From NCBI GenBank assembly GCA_951406725.2, contig OX597814.1, positions 187,736,001 through 187,800,000 on the forward strand: a stretch of 64,000 bases of DNA. Direction: 5' to 3'. This document shows positions 23,765 through 35,134 of this stretch, piece by piece. Under the pieces are notes generated by a model that saw only the letters and a program-made list of their open reading frames with translations, had not been told where the DNA came from and ran no database searches. Position 1 is the stretch's first letter, and the number at the start of each line of letters is the position of its first letter. Origin of the DNA: Octopus vulgaris. Its lineage: Eukaryota. The position numbers and the translations under genes were made by a program.

Positions 23765-24957
23765 CAGGGTGCGGTGAATAAATTGTCGTCTAAATTACGC
23801 AAAAATGAAAATAACACTGACATCTTATTTTAACAGATATATTTACCAAAATTACATTAAAAAATCTTGAAATACTAAAGAGTGAATTTATTCAATAAAA
23901 TCGCCATTCACTTCAACCATGACCACCACACAACTTTGGAATCTCCTGCAACTCTTCTGGATGGTCTTCTTGTTTAAGATGGTGTATACAGGGTGCGGTG
24001 AATAAATTGTCGTCTAAATTACGCAAAAATGAAAATAACACTGACATCTTATTTTAACAGATATATTTACCAAAATTACATTAAAAAATCTTGAAATACT
24101 AAAGAGTGAATTTATTCAATAAAATCGCCATTCACTTCAACCATGACCACCACACAACTTTGGAATCTCCTGCAACTCTTCTGGATGGTCTTCTTGTTTA
24201 AGATGGTGAATGCTGCTATAGTTGAAGACACTTGCCCAAGGTGCCAATAGTGGAACTGAACCCAGAACCATGTGGTTGGGAAGTAAGCTTCTTACCACAG
24301 GGCCATATCTGTGCCTGTAAGTGTGTGTGTATCTTTGGTGTTACAAGGAGTTTTGTTGGTCTCTCGCTCAACTGTGCCTGACACATAATGATCAAGGGGG
24401 TTGCAGTCTGGGAAGTTAGGTGGCCAGATGTTAGGGATGATGAAGTCACAGAAATTGTCTGACAGCCATGACTAGATTCTCCTGCTTGTGTGGCATGCTG
24501 CAGAGTCCTGTTGCCAGACATAGGGTCTTTCAGCAGCCACCCTCTTGACCCAAGACAGTACTACCTCCTCCAGACACTTGATGTAGGGCCTCTGTGTTGA
24601 GTCTGAGGCTATGTAGGAAGATGAATGGAGGCATGATGTTGCCATCACTAGTGATCACTCCAAAAACCATAATGTTGACTGGATGTTTGATTTTTATCAC
24701 TCTCAGTACATGTCTTCAGATTGACACCCAGATACTCTGAAATGTCCGTATTGGAGCTTCCAGCACAAATGCCAAGCAGTACAGCATGTCATTTCCAAAT
24801 TTCTGGCGGAGTAAACTGCGTCATGGTGCTGTTTTTCTCACAGACAGTGCCCAACTGACCCTACTATACTGTGTGTAGTCAACAAAATCAAAAACAAACA
24901 ATGCACATACACGAAATTAAAAATATAATAATGCAACAATTTACTCATCGCATCCTG
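23765..24957 (-). mobile_element. Tc1/mariner (maT/DD37D-like) relic with a duplicated end and a nested SINE fragment
   Basis: TA|CAGGGTGCGGTGAATAAATTGTCG ... CAACAATTTACTCATCGCATCCTG|TA. Degenerate transposase on minus strand (IWPPNFPDCNPLDHYV). 224-bp tandem duplication at 23761-24208. Confidence 0.8.
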
Positions 24958-24984
24958 TATATATATATATATATATATATACAC

Positions 24985-26260
24985 AAATAGATGTTTGTAT
25001 TTTTCCCTTGTTAACAATTAACATGGAAAAAATAGATAAATAGTTACCAGGGTAGCAAAACATCACACAAGTAAAGAGGTTGTAACTCCTTGTTTTCAAA
25101 GGTAGAAACTTCAGGTTTATGTGGAATGTTTTTGTATAATATATAAATAAATAAATGGAGTTTAATGCACGTATAATTCAAATGCTTTTACTTCCGACAC
25201 ATATTTCGAAGATATCACTGATATTATTCCAAAGGAATAAATTGGTATAAAACAATGTAATCTCCTCTTCAGGAAAGCGAAGAAATGAAACTCGTCAATA
25301 AGACATTTTAACAGAAAATGATGGATATGTATAATGATTTACTGAACGCTATTAATATTGTTTGAAAAAACATTATATTATATTACGTCAGAAGTAGCCT
25401 ATAGAAAGAGGAGGGATATTTTTTAGTGAATGTTAAGTATAAAAAGAAAACTGATGTTAAATTATACATAATGATAGAGATTACTTATATGAACTAATGG
25501 TGTGTTTTCGCCAATGTTTACATCAGTATGCATGCTCTATAACCGTGTTTACTAGGGGATTTTTAGAAAAAAATGATGAAAAATAGTTCAGAATTACAGA
25601 GAAGACAGAATTCCTGGCCTTTGTCATAAGGTATCGAGATTGAGAGAATTAACCATTCTAAATTAAATTGTTCATTGTGGTCTTTTAGATCCCTAATTAA
25701 TTTACTGAACCCTGTACTGTTACGTTTATTCCTATCCCTAAATGTTGAGTAATGGATAGAAATTCTTTTAGATAACTATAATGACGTGCTTCCAATGTAA
25801 AATTGTACTTCATTATGAGTAATGATTTTACACTGGTATATAGAATTTTAAATTTTAGAGTTACTTGACATAAACTTAATTCTGTTGGAATTGAATTCAG
25901 ATACAATAACCTTGTTATTAATATTTCTAGAGGGATGGATGGTAAATGTTAGTATTAGTAATTAATGTTAGTATTATCATTCTAAAGGTAAATTTAAGGC
26001 TTTCAAAAATAATTACACTAAAAATAAGATAAATAGTAGTAAAAATGTTTGGCTCATTATTCCATACGGGCGGCAAATTAAATCTAATCTCCCATTGCAG
26101 TTTCGTGAAGCTATTATTAGAAAGTTTCCAAAGAATTCTAAGTATTACTCTATTATCAACTCACATACGGTTAGGATTGGTTTTTCCAACACAAAAAATC
26201 TCTTACAAATGATCTCTTCACATAATAACAACCTATTAAATATTAATACATTTACTTTTT
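24985..26260. mobile_element. Penelope-like element relic
   Basis: 26095-26250 reads KFPKNSKYYSIINSHTVRIGFSNTKNLLQMISSHN, resembling the Penelope RT-to-GIY-YIG linker; terminal repeat with a hammerhead at 25192-25276. Confidence 0.7.
25192..25276 (-). ncRNA. Hammerhead ribozyme motif, core intact
   Basis: Minus strand TTTC-CTGAAGA-GGAGAT...ATCTTC-GAAA-TATGT-GTC-GGAA; stems I and II pair. Confidence 0.78.
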
Positions 26261-26263
26261 ACA

Positions 26264-26592
26264 ATTGCTGCAGCTTGGCTGGGATGTGTTAGCCCACCCT
26301 CCATATTCACCAGATATTGCTCCTTCAGATTCCCACTTATTCACGTCTCTGCAGAATAGTCTTAATGGTAAAAATTTCAATTCCTTGGATGATCTAAAAA
26401 GATACCTTGATGAATTCTTTGCCATGAAACCACCTCAATTCTGGGAAGAGGGTATTTTCAAGTTAAAGGAAAGATGGAGACGCATTGTGCAACAAAATGG
26501 TTCATATTTGGTTGATTAGAAATGTAATGGCAAGTATTTATTGACCTTTTTCATTCCTTTAAAAATTGGCATGAACTTTCTGGACAATCCAA
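26264..26592 (+). mobile_element. mariner (DD34D) 3' fragment with TIR
   Basis: LGWDVLAHPPYSPDIAPSDSHLF...FWEEGIFKLKERWRRIVQQNGSY; TIR ending GAACTTTCTGGACAATCCAA|TA. Confidence 0.9.
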
Positions 26593-27132
26593 TACATACT
26601 CATGTTCACCAATCATTCATATTAATATACACCCATACATGCATGCATCCTAAACACATACATGCACATATGTGCATACAGCAGGCTCTAATGCACACAC
26701 ATATATTTACACACACGTGCACACACACACACACTCATATAATTGATATATATGCAGCTGATATACACAGCTGACTCATACACCCACATATTTATGCACG
26801 TGTACTCACACATGGCTTATACACACCTGCATCCATATGCACACACACACCCAAGCAAACATGCACATATGCACCAACTAGATGATGCCATCAACTCTCA
26901 CCCACATGCTAGCTTACACACATATGCAACTGATCACCACACGTACACACACCATGTACACATGTATAAACATCAGACACCTGCACCTGTGCCCTCATAC
27001 ATCTGATATACACTTGCAGGCCATGAATCTGATAGCTTAGAAGTCCCTTCAAAGCCCTGTCATCAGCAAAAGTACTATCAGCATCCTTTCAAGCTACACA
27101 GTTCAAAAAATTCTGTTTTAATGCACCAGATA

Positions 27133-27295
27133 GGCGCAGGAGTGGCTGTGTGGTAAGTAGCTTGCTAACCAACCACATGGTTCCGGGTTCAGTCCCACTG
27201 CGTGGCATCTTGGGCAAGTGTCTTCTGCTATAGCCCCGGGCCAACCAATGCCTTGTGAGTGGATTTGGTAGACGGAAACTGAAAGAAGCCCGTCG

Positions 27296-27326
<31 letters not shown>

Positions 27327-27530
27327 ATGCATGTCTGTGTTTGTCCCCCTGGCATTGCTTGACAACCAATGCTGGTGTGTTTACGTCCCTGTCACTTAGC
27401 AGTTCGGCAAAAGAGGCCGATAGAATAAGTACTGGGCTTACAAAAAATAAGTCCCGGGGTCGATTTGTTCGACTAAAGGCGGTGCACCAGCATGGCCGCA
27501 GTTAAATGACTAAAACAAGTAAAAGAGAGA
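27133..27530 (+). mobile_element. SINE group A (full length)
   Basis: Matches 16-415. Confidence 0.9.
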
Positions 27531-27810
27531 GATGTTCGTGGAATGTTGATCTTACTTCTAGGAACTCCGTGTGACTTACCTTGACCAATAGCTACCCAGT
27601 TTCCACTAGCCATCTTGTACTTCCTGCATCTCTCCATTCAGTTAACTGGGCTCTCTTCTGTAAGAAGCCTGTGAAACTTTAGGTCACATGAGGCCAAAAT
27701 CAAACTGCTTTAAATAACAATAATAATAATTATACACACACACACACATGTGTGTGTGTGTATAATTATTTTTACTATTGTGTGTATATTATTATTATTT
27801 TCAATAGCTG

Positions 27811-27871
27811 GATAACTGAAGAGATGGCGTTGTGGATTTCCACCTCAGCATCCAAAACTTGGAGTTTTATC
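27811..27871 (+). ncRNA. Decayed hammerhead ribozyme motif
   Basis: GATAA-CTGAAGA-GATG...CATCC-AAAA-CTTGGA-GTT-TTATC. Stem I perfect; GAAA changed to AAAA at a CpG. Confidence 0.6.
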
Positions 27872-28014
27872 ATGGCTACCGAATAATTGTCATATATATT
27901 TACAGATAAATTCCTCTATTTACATAATATGAAGGTCTCTTTCATTCTTTTCTTGTCTTACCATTTTTATCAAGCAGTGTCGGCTATAACCTAGTCACCC
28001 GTATAGTCAACCAG

Positions 28015-29529
28015 GTGATACACGAAGGAGTCATTCCCAATGACTGGTGTAGCAGCGTACTAGTCAACTGCTACAAAGGTAAAGGTGATGCCCTAGATAC
28101 AAATAATTACAGAGGTATCAAGCTGTTGGATCAGGTAATGAAGGTTACGGAGAGGGTCATAGCCCAACTAATTAGAGAGAGAGTTAGTTTAGATGAGATG
28201 CAGTTTGGGTTTGTGCCAGGGAAAAGCACCACTGATGCTATATTCCTGGTAAGGCAGCTGCAGGAGAAATACCTAGCCAAAGATAAGCCCCTGTACCTGG
28301 CTTTCGTTGACATGGAGAAAGCCTTTGATAGGGTCCCCCGATCCCTCATCTGGTGGTCAATGAGGAAACTAGGGATAGATGAATGGCTGGTGAGGGCTGT
28401 GCAGGCCATGTACAGAGATGCCGTAAGCAAGGTTAGGGTTGGCAACATGTACACAGAAGAATTCAAAGTAGAGGTTGGGGTCCACCAGGGTTCAGTACTC
28501 AGCCCCCTCCTATTTATCATAGTCCTCCAGGCAATAACAGAGGAATTCAAGACAGGTTGCCCCTGGGAGCTCCTCTATGCTGACGACCTCGCTCTAATTG
28601 CTGAGTCACTATCAGAACTGGAGGAGGAGTTCCAGGTGTGGAAGGAGGGTTTAGAATCGAGGGGCCTTAGAGTCAACCTAGCTAAAACCAAAGTACTAAT
28701 AAGTAGAAAGGTAGGCAATCCACAAATGTCCTCAGGAAGATGGCTCTGCTCGATCTGTAGAAAAGGTGTAGGTAGAAACTCTATAAGATGTACCCAGTGT
28801 AAGCTATGGACACATAAGAGGTGCAGCAATGTCAAAGGTAGGCTAACTGGGAAGATAGTCTTTATATGTGGCAGATGCTCGGGAGCATTGACCTCCGAAA
28901 ATCTGCAGAAAACAACTTCCGTCACTTTCCAGGGGGAAAAATTAGAAGTAGTTGATAGCTTCCGTTATCTAGGTGACCAAGTCAGTAGTGGGGGTGGGTG
29001 CGCTGAGAGTGTAACTGCTAGAATAAGAATAGCCTGGGCAAAGTTTAGGGAGCTCTTACCTCTGCTGGTGACTAAAGGCCTCTCGCTCAGAGTAAAGGGC
29101 AGACTGTATGATGCATGTGTTCGAACTGCCATGCTACATGGCAGTGAAACATGGGCCGTGACTGCTGAGGACATGCGTAAGCTCATGAGGAATGAAGCCA
29201 GTATGCTCCGATGGATGTGTAATGTCAGTGTACTTACTCGACAGAGTGTTAGTTCCCTAAGAGAAATGTTGTACCTAAGAAGCATCAGTTGTTGCGTGCA
29301 AGAGAGACGATTGCGATGGTATGGTCATGTGGCGAGAATGGATGAAGATAGGTGTGTGAGAAAGTGCCAATCCCTAGCAGTTGAAGGAACCCGTGGAAGA
29401 GGTAGACCCAGGAAAACCTGGGACGAGGTGGTGAAGCACGACCTTCGAACATTAGGTCTCACCATGGAAATGACTAGAGACCGAGACCTATGGAAGTATG
29501 CTGTGTGTGAGAAGACCCGGCAAGACTAG
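28015..29529 (+). CDS. RTE ORF2 C-terminal part: reverse transcriptase with inserted PHD-type zinc finger (5'-truncated, no endonuclease domain)
   Basis: NYRGIKLL, QFGF, AFVDMEKAFDRV, GVHQGSVLSP, LLYADD, FRYLG; RTE C-terminal RRLRWYGHV and RGRGRPRKTW. Confidence 0.9.
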   Translation: MIHEGVIPNDWCSSVLVNCYKGKGDALDTNNYRGIKLLDQVMKVTERVIAQLIRERVSLDEMQFGFVPGKSTTDAIFLVRQLQEKYLAKDKPLYLAFVDMEKAFDRVPRSLIWWSMRKLGIDEWLVRAVQAMYRDAVSKVRVGNMYTEEFKVEVGVHQGSVLSPLLFIIVLQAITEEFKTGCPWELLYADDLALIAESLSELEEEFQVWKEGLESRGLRVNLAKTKVLISRKVGNPQMSSGRWLCSICRKGVGRNSIRCTQCKLWTHKRCSNVKGRLTGKIVFICGRCSGALTSENLQKTTSVTFQGEKLEVVDSFRYLGDQVSSGGGCAESVTARIRIAWAKFRELLPLLVTKGLSLRVKGRLYDACVRTAMLHGSETWAVTAEDMRKLMRNEASMLRWMCNVSVLTRQSVSSLREMLYLRSISCCVQERRLRWYGHVARMDEDRCVRKCQSLAVEGTRGRGRPRKTWDEVVKHDLRTLGLTMEMTRDRDLWKYAVCEKTRQD

Positions 29530-29790
29530 TGAAGCCATAACCCGTGGCCCCTACCTGGGACGTAGTCAGTCCACCTGTGCATACCTTCCTGCTTGTGACA
29601 CTTGTGAAGACCTGTTGAGGCAAATCAAATCAAAGTCAAATCGAATCAAGTCAAACCAAATCAAAATAGATGAACATCAATGGAATTTGTATCCTAGTGG
29701 TACCAGTGCCGGTGGCACATAAGAAAACCATCCGAATGGGACCGTAGCCAGTACCGCATCGACTGGCCTCCGTGCTGTGGGCACGTAACA

Positions 29791-30040
29791 AACACCGTTC
29801 GAGCGTGGCCGTCTGCCAGCCTCGTCTGGCACCTGTGTCGGTGGCACATAAAAACACCATCCGAGCGTGGCCATCTGCCAGCCTCGTCTGGCACCAGTGT
29901 CGGTGGCACATAAAAACACCATCCGAGCGTGGCCGTCTGCCAGCCTCGTCTGGCACCTGTGTCGGTGGCACATAAAAACACCATCCGAGCGTGACCGTTC
30001 GCCAGCCTCGTCTGGCACCTGTGTCGGTGGCACATAAAAT
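29791..30040 (+). repeat. 62-bp tandem repeat x4 in the RTE 3' UTR
   Basis: CTCGTCTGGC recurs at 29821, 29883, 29945, 30007. Confidence 0.9.
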
Positions 30041-30529
30041 CACCCACTACACTCTCGGAGTGGTTGGCGTTAGGAAGGGCATCCAGCTGTAGAAACACTG
30101 CCAGATCTGACTGGCCTGGTGCAGCCTTCGGGCTCCCCAGACCCCAGTTGAACCGTCCAACCCATGCTAGCATGGAAAGCGGACGTTAAACGATGATGAT
30201 GATGATGATGATGCGAATGGTTTACAATCCTGTAAATAATAATAATGGTATTTTTGTATAAGCTTAAAACTTATAGCAATCACCATGCAATGACTACAAA
30301 AAATAGTCTAATTAAGGGGCATATAAGCCCTCAACAGAAAAATGGTTTTCCTGAGGTGTGTAAAACATCCAATTCACTGCTACATTAGTTGAATACCACA
30401 TTATTATTATTGTTTATATATATTTTATTTCTTTTATGCATTTCAGCCATACAGCTACAGCCACACTGGAGCACCACTGTGACTTTGTACCCTTACTACA
30501 ACCATCTTATGAGGTTGATTTCTTCTGGT

Positions 30530-32385
30530 TGTTGGGATTTCATATCACCACCTTAGCATGAGTTTTCCTTCTGGTGTATAACAGAGTTTGACACTGCTGC
30601 CTTTGCTTGTATTTCATACCAATTCATTGGTTCCTCTGATACTGTGGATAAGAGAACTTTCAGTTCTTTTTTTGAGGCATTGACATCCACATTCTGTAGG
30701 TTTCTTAATTCTTTTAGCAGAGCATTGAAGAGCTGTGGGCCTTTGAATCCTAAGCTATTGCAGTACCTGGTCCTTGTTTTGGACGGAGTGGACTGTACCT
30801 TTGGTACTATACAACGGTGTCCAGCACGGGCATTTGTATAACTCTTGAGGTACTAACACTTCCAGAATTTTCCACATGTAAATTATTACATATCTCTGGC
30901 ATCTTCACTCCAGGGAGTAAAGCTGTAATTTTACAGTTTCTCCTAGTAGTTCTTCCTCATGATCGCACTTTAGAGCAGTATTCCAGGTGACTAGGAACAA
31001 AGGTCTTCCACAGGGTCGACATGATTTCTTTGACTCTTGTCCTGAAGGACCTTAGTATCCACCCTACCAGTTGTCTACACTTTGTTGCCATTTTGTTATT
31101 GTGAACATGAAGTGATACATCATTACACATACTGATTCCTAAGTCATCCCACTGTCTGCATGTTTGGGCTTGCAGGCTGTGGTAGATTTTTGAGCTGATA
31201 GCACAGTGCTTGAAAATTTCCAGCATTAAACTGATTGTTGTTTTGTTCAATCCATTTGTATATTGCATTTAGGTCATGCTACAAACTTGTGACATTGTCA
31301 GAATTCTTTATTGCCTATGATAATTTTGCATCATTGGCATAGCAGGAGTGGCTGTGTGGTAAGTAGCTTGCTTACCAACCACATGGTTCCGGGTTCAGTC
31401 CCACTGCATGGCACCTTGGGCAAGTGTCTACTACTATAGCCTTGTGCTGACCAAAGCCTTGTGAGTGAATTTGGTTGATGGAAACTGAAAGAAGCCTGTT
31501 GTATAAATGTATATATGTATGTGTGTGTATATGTTTGTCCCCCCAATATCGCTTGACAACTGATGCTGGTGTGTTTACATCCCCGTAACTTAGCGGTTCG
31601 GCAAAACATACTGATAGAATAAGTACTAGGCTTACAAAGAATAAGTTCTAGGGTTGATTTGCTCGGCTAAAGGTGGTGCTCCAGCATGGCCGCAATCAAA
31701 TGACTGAAACAAGTAAAAGAGTAAAAGAGTAAAAAATAGCTAGAGACAGAAGCTGTCTGAGTGACCATGAGCATGCCTAAGAGAGCTACTATAAACAGTA
31801 ACATTTCCTTCAAGAGGGTACCATTGGCTGCAACAGCCTGAGTTGTATCTTTTAAGATGTCATGGAGCTACTCTCATAGATTACCAGCTATGCCAAGATC
31901 TCACAGCCTGTGACATATCATGCCATGATCCACTTTGTTAAAGGTCTTAGCATTGACATTTGAATGGTTGAGTAGCCACTTCAAAATCCAGCCATAACAG
32001 CTGTGCAAGGTAGCTTCTGTCTGAATGAAAACCATATTGAGTAACATTCAGTTAGTCATTTTCTTCTTGGAACATTATTAGTTTCCTTCTAATAATTTCT
32101 TCCATGACTTTATTAACGCATGAAGTCAGAGAGACAGAAATACCACATTATTTAGTTTTTAGCCACTGCTCTGCTCCCGTCTTTACGGATAGGATATATG
32201 ATGCTATCTTTTATAGCTTATTAGGAAGTTTACCAAATGGAAGGAAACTCTGGACGTGTATCTGAAGTGGTTTCACTAAAGCCTGCTTACTTGTCTTCAA
32301 GGCAATAGCTGGGAGACTATTGGGACTAGTTGCTGAATTTAAGCTCATTTCATCAATGCTTGCTGTTATATCAGCCTCCTCCATA
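30530..32385 (-). mobile_element. Degenerate CR1-group LINE ORF2 interrupted by a SINE
   Basis: IDEMSLNSATSPNSLPAIALK, GWILRSFRTR...LWKTFVPSHLEYCS, YCNSLGFKGPQLFNAL. Confidence 0.8.
31336..31735 (+). mobile_element. SINE group A
   Basis: Matches 16-415. Confidence 0.88.
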
Positions 32386-32405
32386 CACGCACACACATAC
32401 GTGCA

Positions 32406-32436
<31 letters not shown>

Positions 32437-32475
32437 GTATTCACGTGCACATGTATGTATGTGTGTATGTGTGTA

Positions 32476-32543
<68 letters not shown>

Positions 32544-32584
32544 TTAATTAATAAAGCTTAATTAATAATATACTTAATTATTAA

Positions 32585-33088
32585 AGGCGGTGAGCTGGTA
32601 GAAACATTAGCACGCTGGGCGAAATGCTTAGCGGTATTTTGTCTGTCGTTATATTCTTAGTTCAAATTCCACCGAGGTCGACTTTGCCTTTCATCCTTTC
32701 GGGGTCGATAAATAAATTACCAGTTTCGCACTGGGGTTGATCTAATCGACTTAATCCCTTTGTCTGTCCTTGTTTGTCACCTCTATGTTTAGCCCCTTGT
32801 GGGCAGTAAAGAAATATATATATACTTAATTAATAAAGCTTAATTAATAATATACTTAATTATTAAAGGCGGCGACATGTTAGCATGCCGGGCGAAATGA
32901 TTAGCAGTATTTCGCCTGCCGCTACATTCTGAGTTCAAATTCCGCCGAGGTTGACTTTGCCTTTCATCCTTTCAGGGTCGATAAATTAAGTACCAGTTAC
33001 GTACTGGGGTCGATGTAATCGACTTAATCCCTTTGTCTGTCCTTCTTTGTCCACTCTATGTTTAGCCCCTTGTGGGAATTAAAGAAAT
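32585..33088 (+). mobile_element. Two tandem group C SINEs with a duplicated 5' flank
   Basis: Copies at 32585-32815 and 32867-33088, each preceded by ACTTAATTAATAAAGCTTAATTAATAATATACTTAATTATT. Confidence 0.88.
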
Positions 33089-33122
33089 AATACTTAATAA
33101 AGCTGCAAAGACATCACAAAAG

Positions 33123-33160
33123 CTGTTACTCAGAGTTTCACGTTCCCGTTTGTCAGACAG
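33123..33160 (-). ncRNA. Minimal hammerhead ribozyme motif with one core mutation
   Basis: Minus strand CTGT-CTGACAA-ACG-GGAA-CGT-GAAA-CTCTGA-GTA-ACAG. Stems I and II perfect; CTGACGA changed to CTGACAA at a CpG. Confidence 0.75.
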
Positions 33161-33479
33161 TTCTAGTTGAGAATAGAACAAAAAAAAAAAAAGGTTATAT
33201 GTATGAATATACATACACAATTACATTGATAGATGCACATTTCAAAATTGGTTTTGTTTCATTGGTCTTTTCAACTAACGGTCTCTTCAATCACCGGTTA
33301 TATGAAATTAAAATTAAAATTATGATTTTAAATCATATTATTTAAAATTGAAGAAAACCTTAACTCAAAAATTAGCTTTAGTAGGAGAAAAAACTTGTAT
33401 ACCCAGGATAAATTAATTAATGGTAAAATAAATTTAAATTTATGTCATTTATAATAAAAATATTCATTTACAAAGAACA

Positions 33480-33905
33480 GGCGCACGAGTGGCTGTGTGG
33501 TAAGTAGCTTGCTAACCAACCACATGGTTCCGGGTTCAGTCCCACTGCATGGCATCTTGGGCAAGTGTCTTCTGCTATAGCCCCGAGCCGACCAATGCCC
33601 TGTGAGTGGATTTGGTAGACAGAAACTGAAAGAAGCCTGTCGTATATATGTATATATATATATATATAAGTGTGTGTGTATATGTTTGTGTGTCTGTGTT
33701 TGTCCCCCTAGCATTGCTTGACAACCAATGCTGGTGTGTTTACGCCTCCGTCACTTAGTGGTTCGGCAAAAGAGACCGATAGAATATGTACTGGGCTTAC
33801 AAAGAATAAGTCCCGGGGTCGATTTGCTCGACTAAAGGTGGTGCTCCAGCATGGCCGCAGTCAAATGACTGAAACAAGTAAAAGAGTAAAAGAGTAAAAG
33901 AGTAA
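33480..33905 (+). mobile_element. SINE group A (full length)
   Basis: Matches 16-415. Confidence 0.9.
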
Positions 33906-34843
33906 CTTCATAAAAATAGATATACGTTCAATTGTACATACACAGACCAAAATACCCATACATACATATATACACTAAACATATAAACGTTGGTACATGC
34001 CTACATACATATACAACCAAATACAAGCAAAATATATATACAAATGTATATATAGGTATCTACATACATATTTATACACACACATAATGGGTCTCCATGC
34101 GTATTTCTAAATGTACAACTTAGTTGTTGCAAGCTAGAAAGAAAATTAAAGAGTAAAAAAGAAGAGGAAAAAGAAAATCAGAAAATAATAAGTGGTGGGA
34201 GAAAGAAAAAAGAAAGAGAAAATAGAAAGAGACAGAAGAAATAGAAAGAGAAAGAGAAAATTGAAAGAGAAAAACAGAGAGAGAGAGAGGGAAGAAAGAG
34301 AGGGAGAGAGAGAAAGGATTTAGAAGTTAGTGTTCCCAAACAGTATCTAGCAAATGAGATTCTTCTGTAAGCTTTCAAATGCACACATAAAACAGACATG
34401 CACATCTACATAAATGCATAGACATATACTATAGTAACACACATGTAGACACGCATACAAATATATAAATAAACATACATGTAGATACATCAAGATACAT
34501 ATATACACCATAACGTATATATATGCATACAAATATATTAAAACTGATTTATTGAATATTAAAATAAGAAAATGGATATAATATAATTAAGTGTAATGTA
34601 AATACGAATTTAAAACAATATAAATTTAAAATTTAAAATTTAAATATGAAAATGAATAAAAATGAGTAAAAATTAACCTCGACAAAATTTAAATTTAAAT
34701 TGGTAAAACAGTTGAAGACTTTCTCAAAAGTTGAATGTAAAAGATGAAGGCGAAATATGTACCAGCATTGTAAAACTATATTTTAGGTGTAAAAGCCATG
34801 TTCAAATGTGAATGTAAAAAAATTTTTTTCAAAACTCAAAAAA

Positions 34844-35113
34844 TTACCCATACAGTATTTTTTCGGTTGACACTTTAAACCTTGTAGTGTACCTGCAGGG
34901 ATTTAAAGGCTCATGTCTTTGATTCAATGTATGCTTACCCTGGAACAGGATGAAGAGTTTCTCAGAGAAGCACAATTTGCATCTCAGTGGTCGTCTAGAT
35001 GCTCCATGTTTATATGGAGTTACTTTCTCCAGAATTGTCCAGCTGATATTGAAAGAATGGGAATCATTTTCCTTCAGTAGCCAGACATGTTTTGCAACAT
35101 TTGTTGCTGTCAT
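34844..35113 (-). pseudogene. Penelope-like GIY-YIG endonuclease C-terminal fragment
   Basis: TNVAKHVWLLK...ISWTILEK...CKLCFSEKLFI...LNQRHE...CRY matches the typical Penelope ORF end. Confidence 0.8.
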
Positions 35114-35134
35114 ATTTTCAGGGTATCATAATAA

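Larger units (their letters stand above)
27973..30212 (+). mobile_element. 5'-truncated RTE-clade LINE
   Basis: Open RT frame from ~27973 to 29529; 3' UTR with a 62-bp tandem array; (GAT)n tail. Confidence 0.95.

Noticed and set aside
29791-30040. CRISPR-like regular repeats
   Set aside because: Contiguous 62-bp tandem units with no unique spacers, inside a LINE 3' UTR, no cas genes, eukaryotic context.
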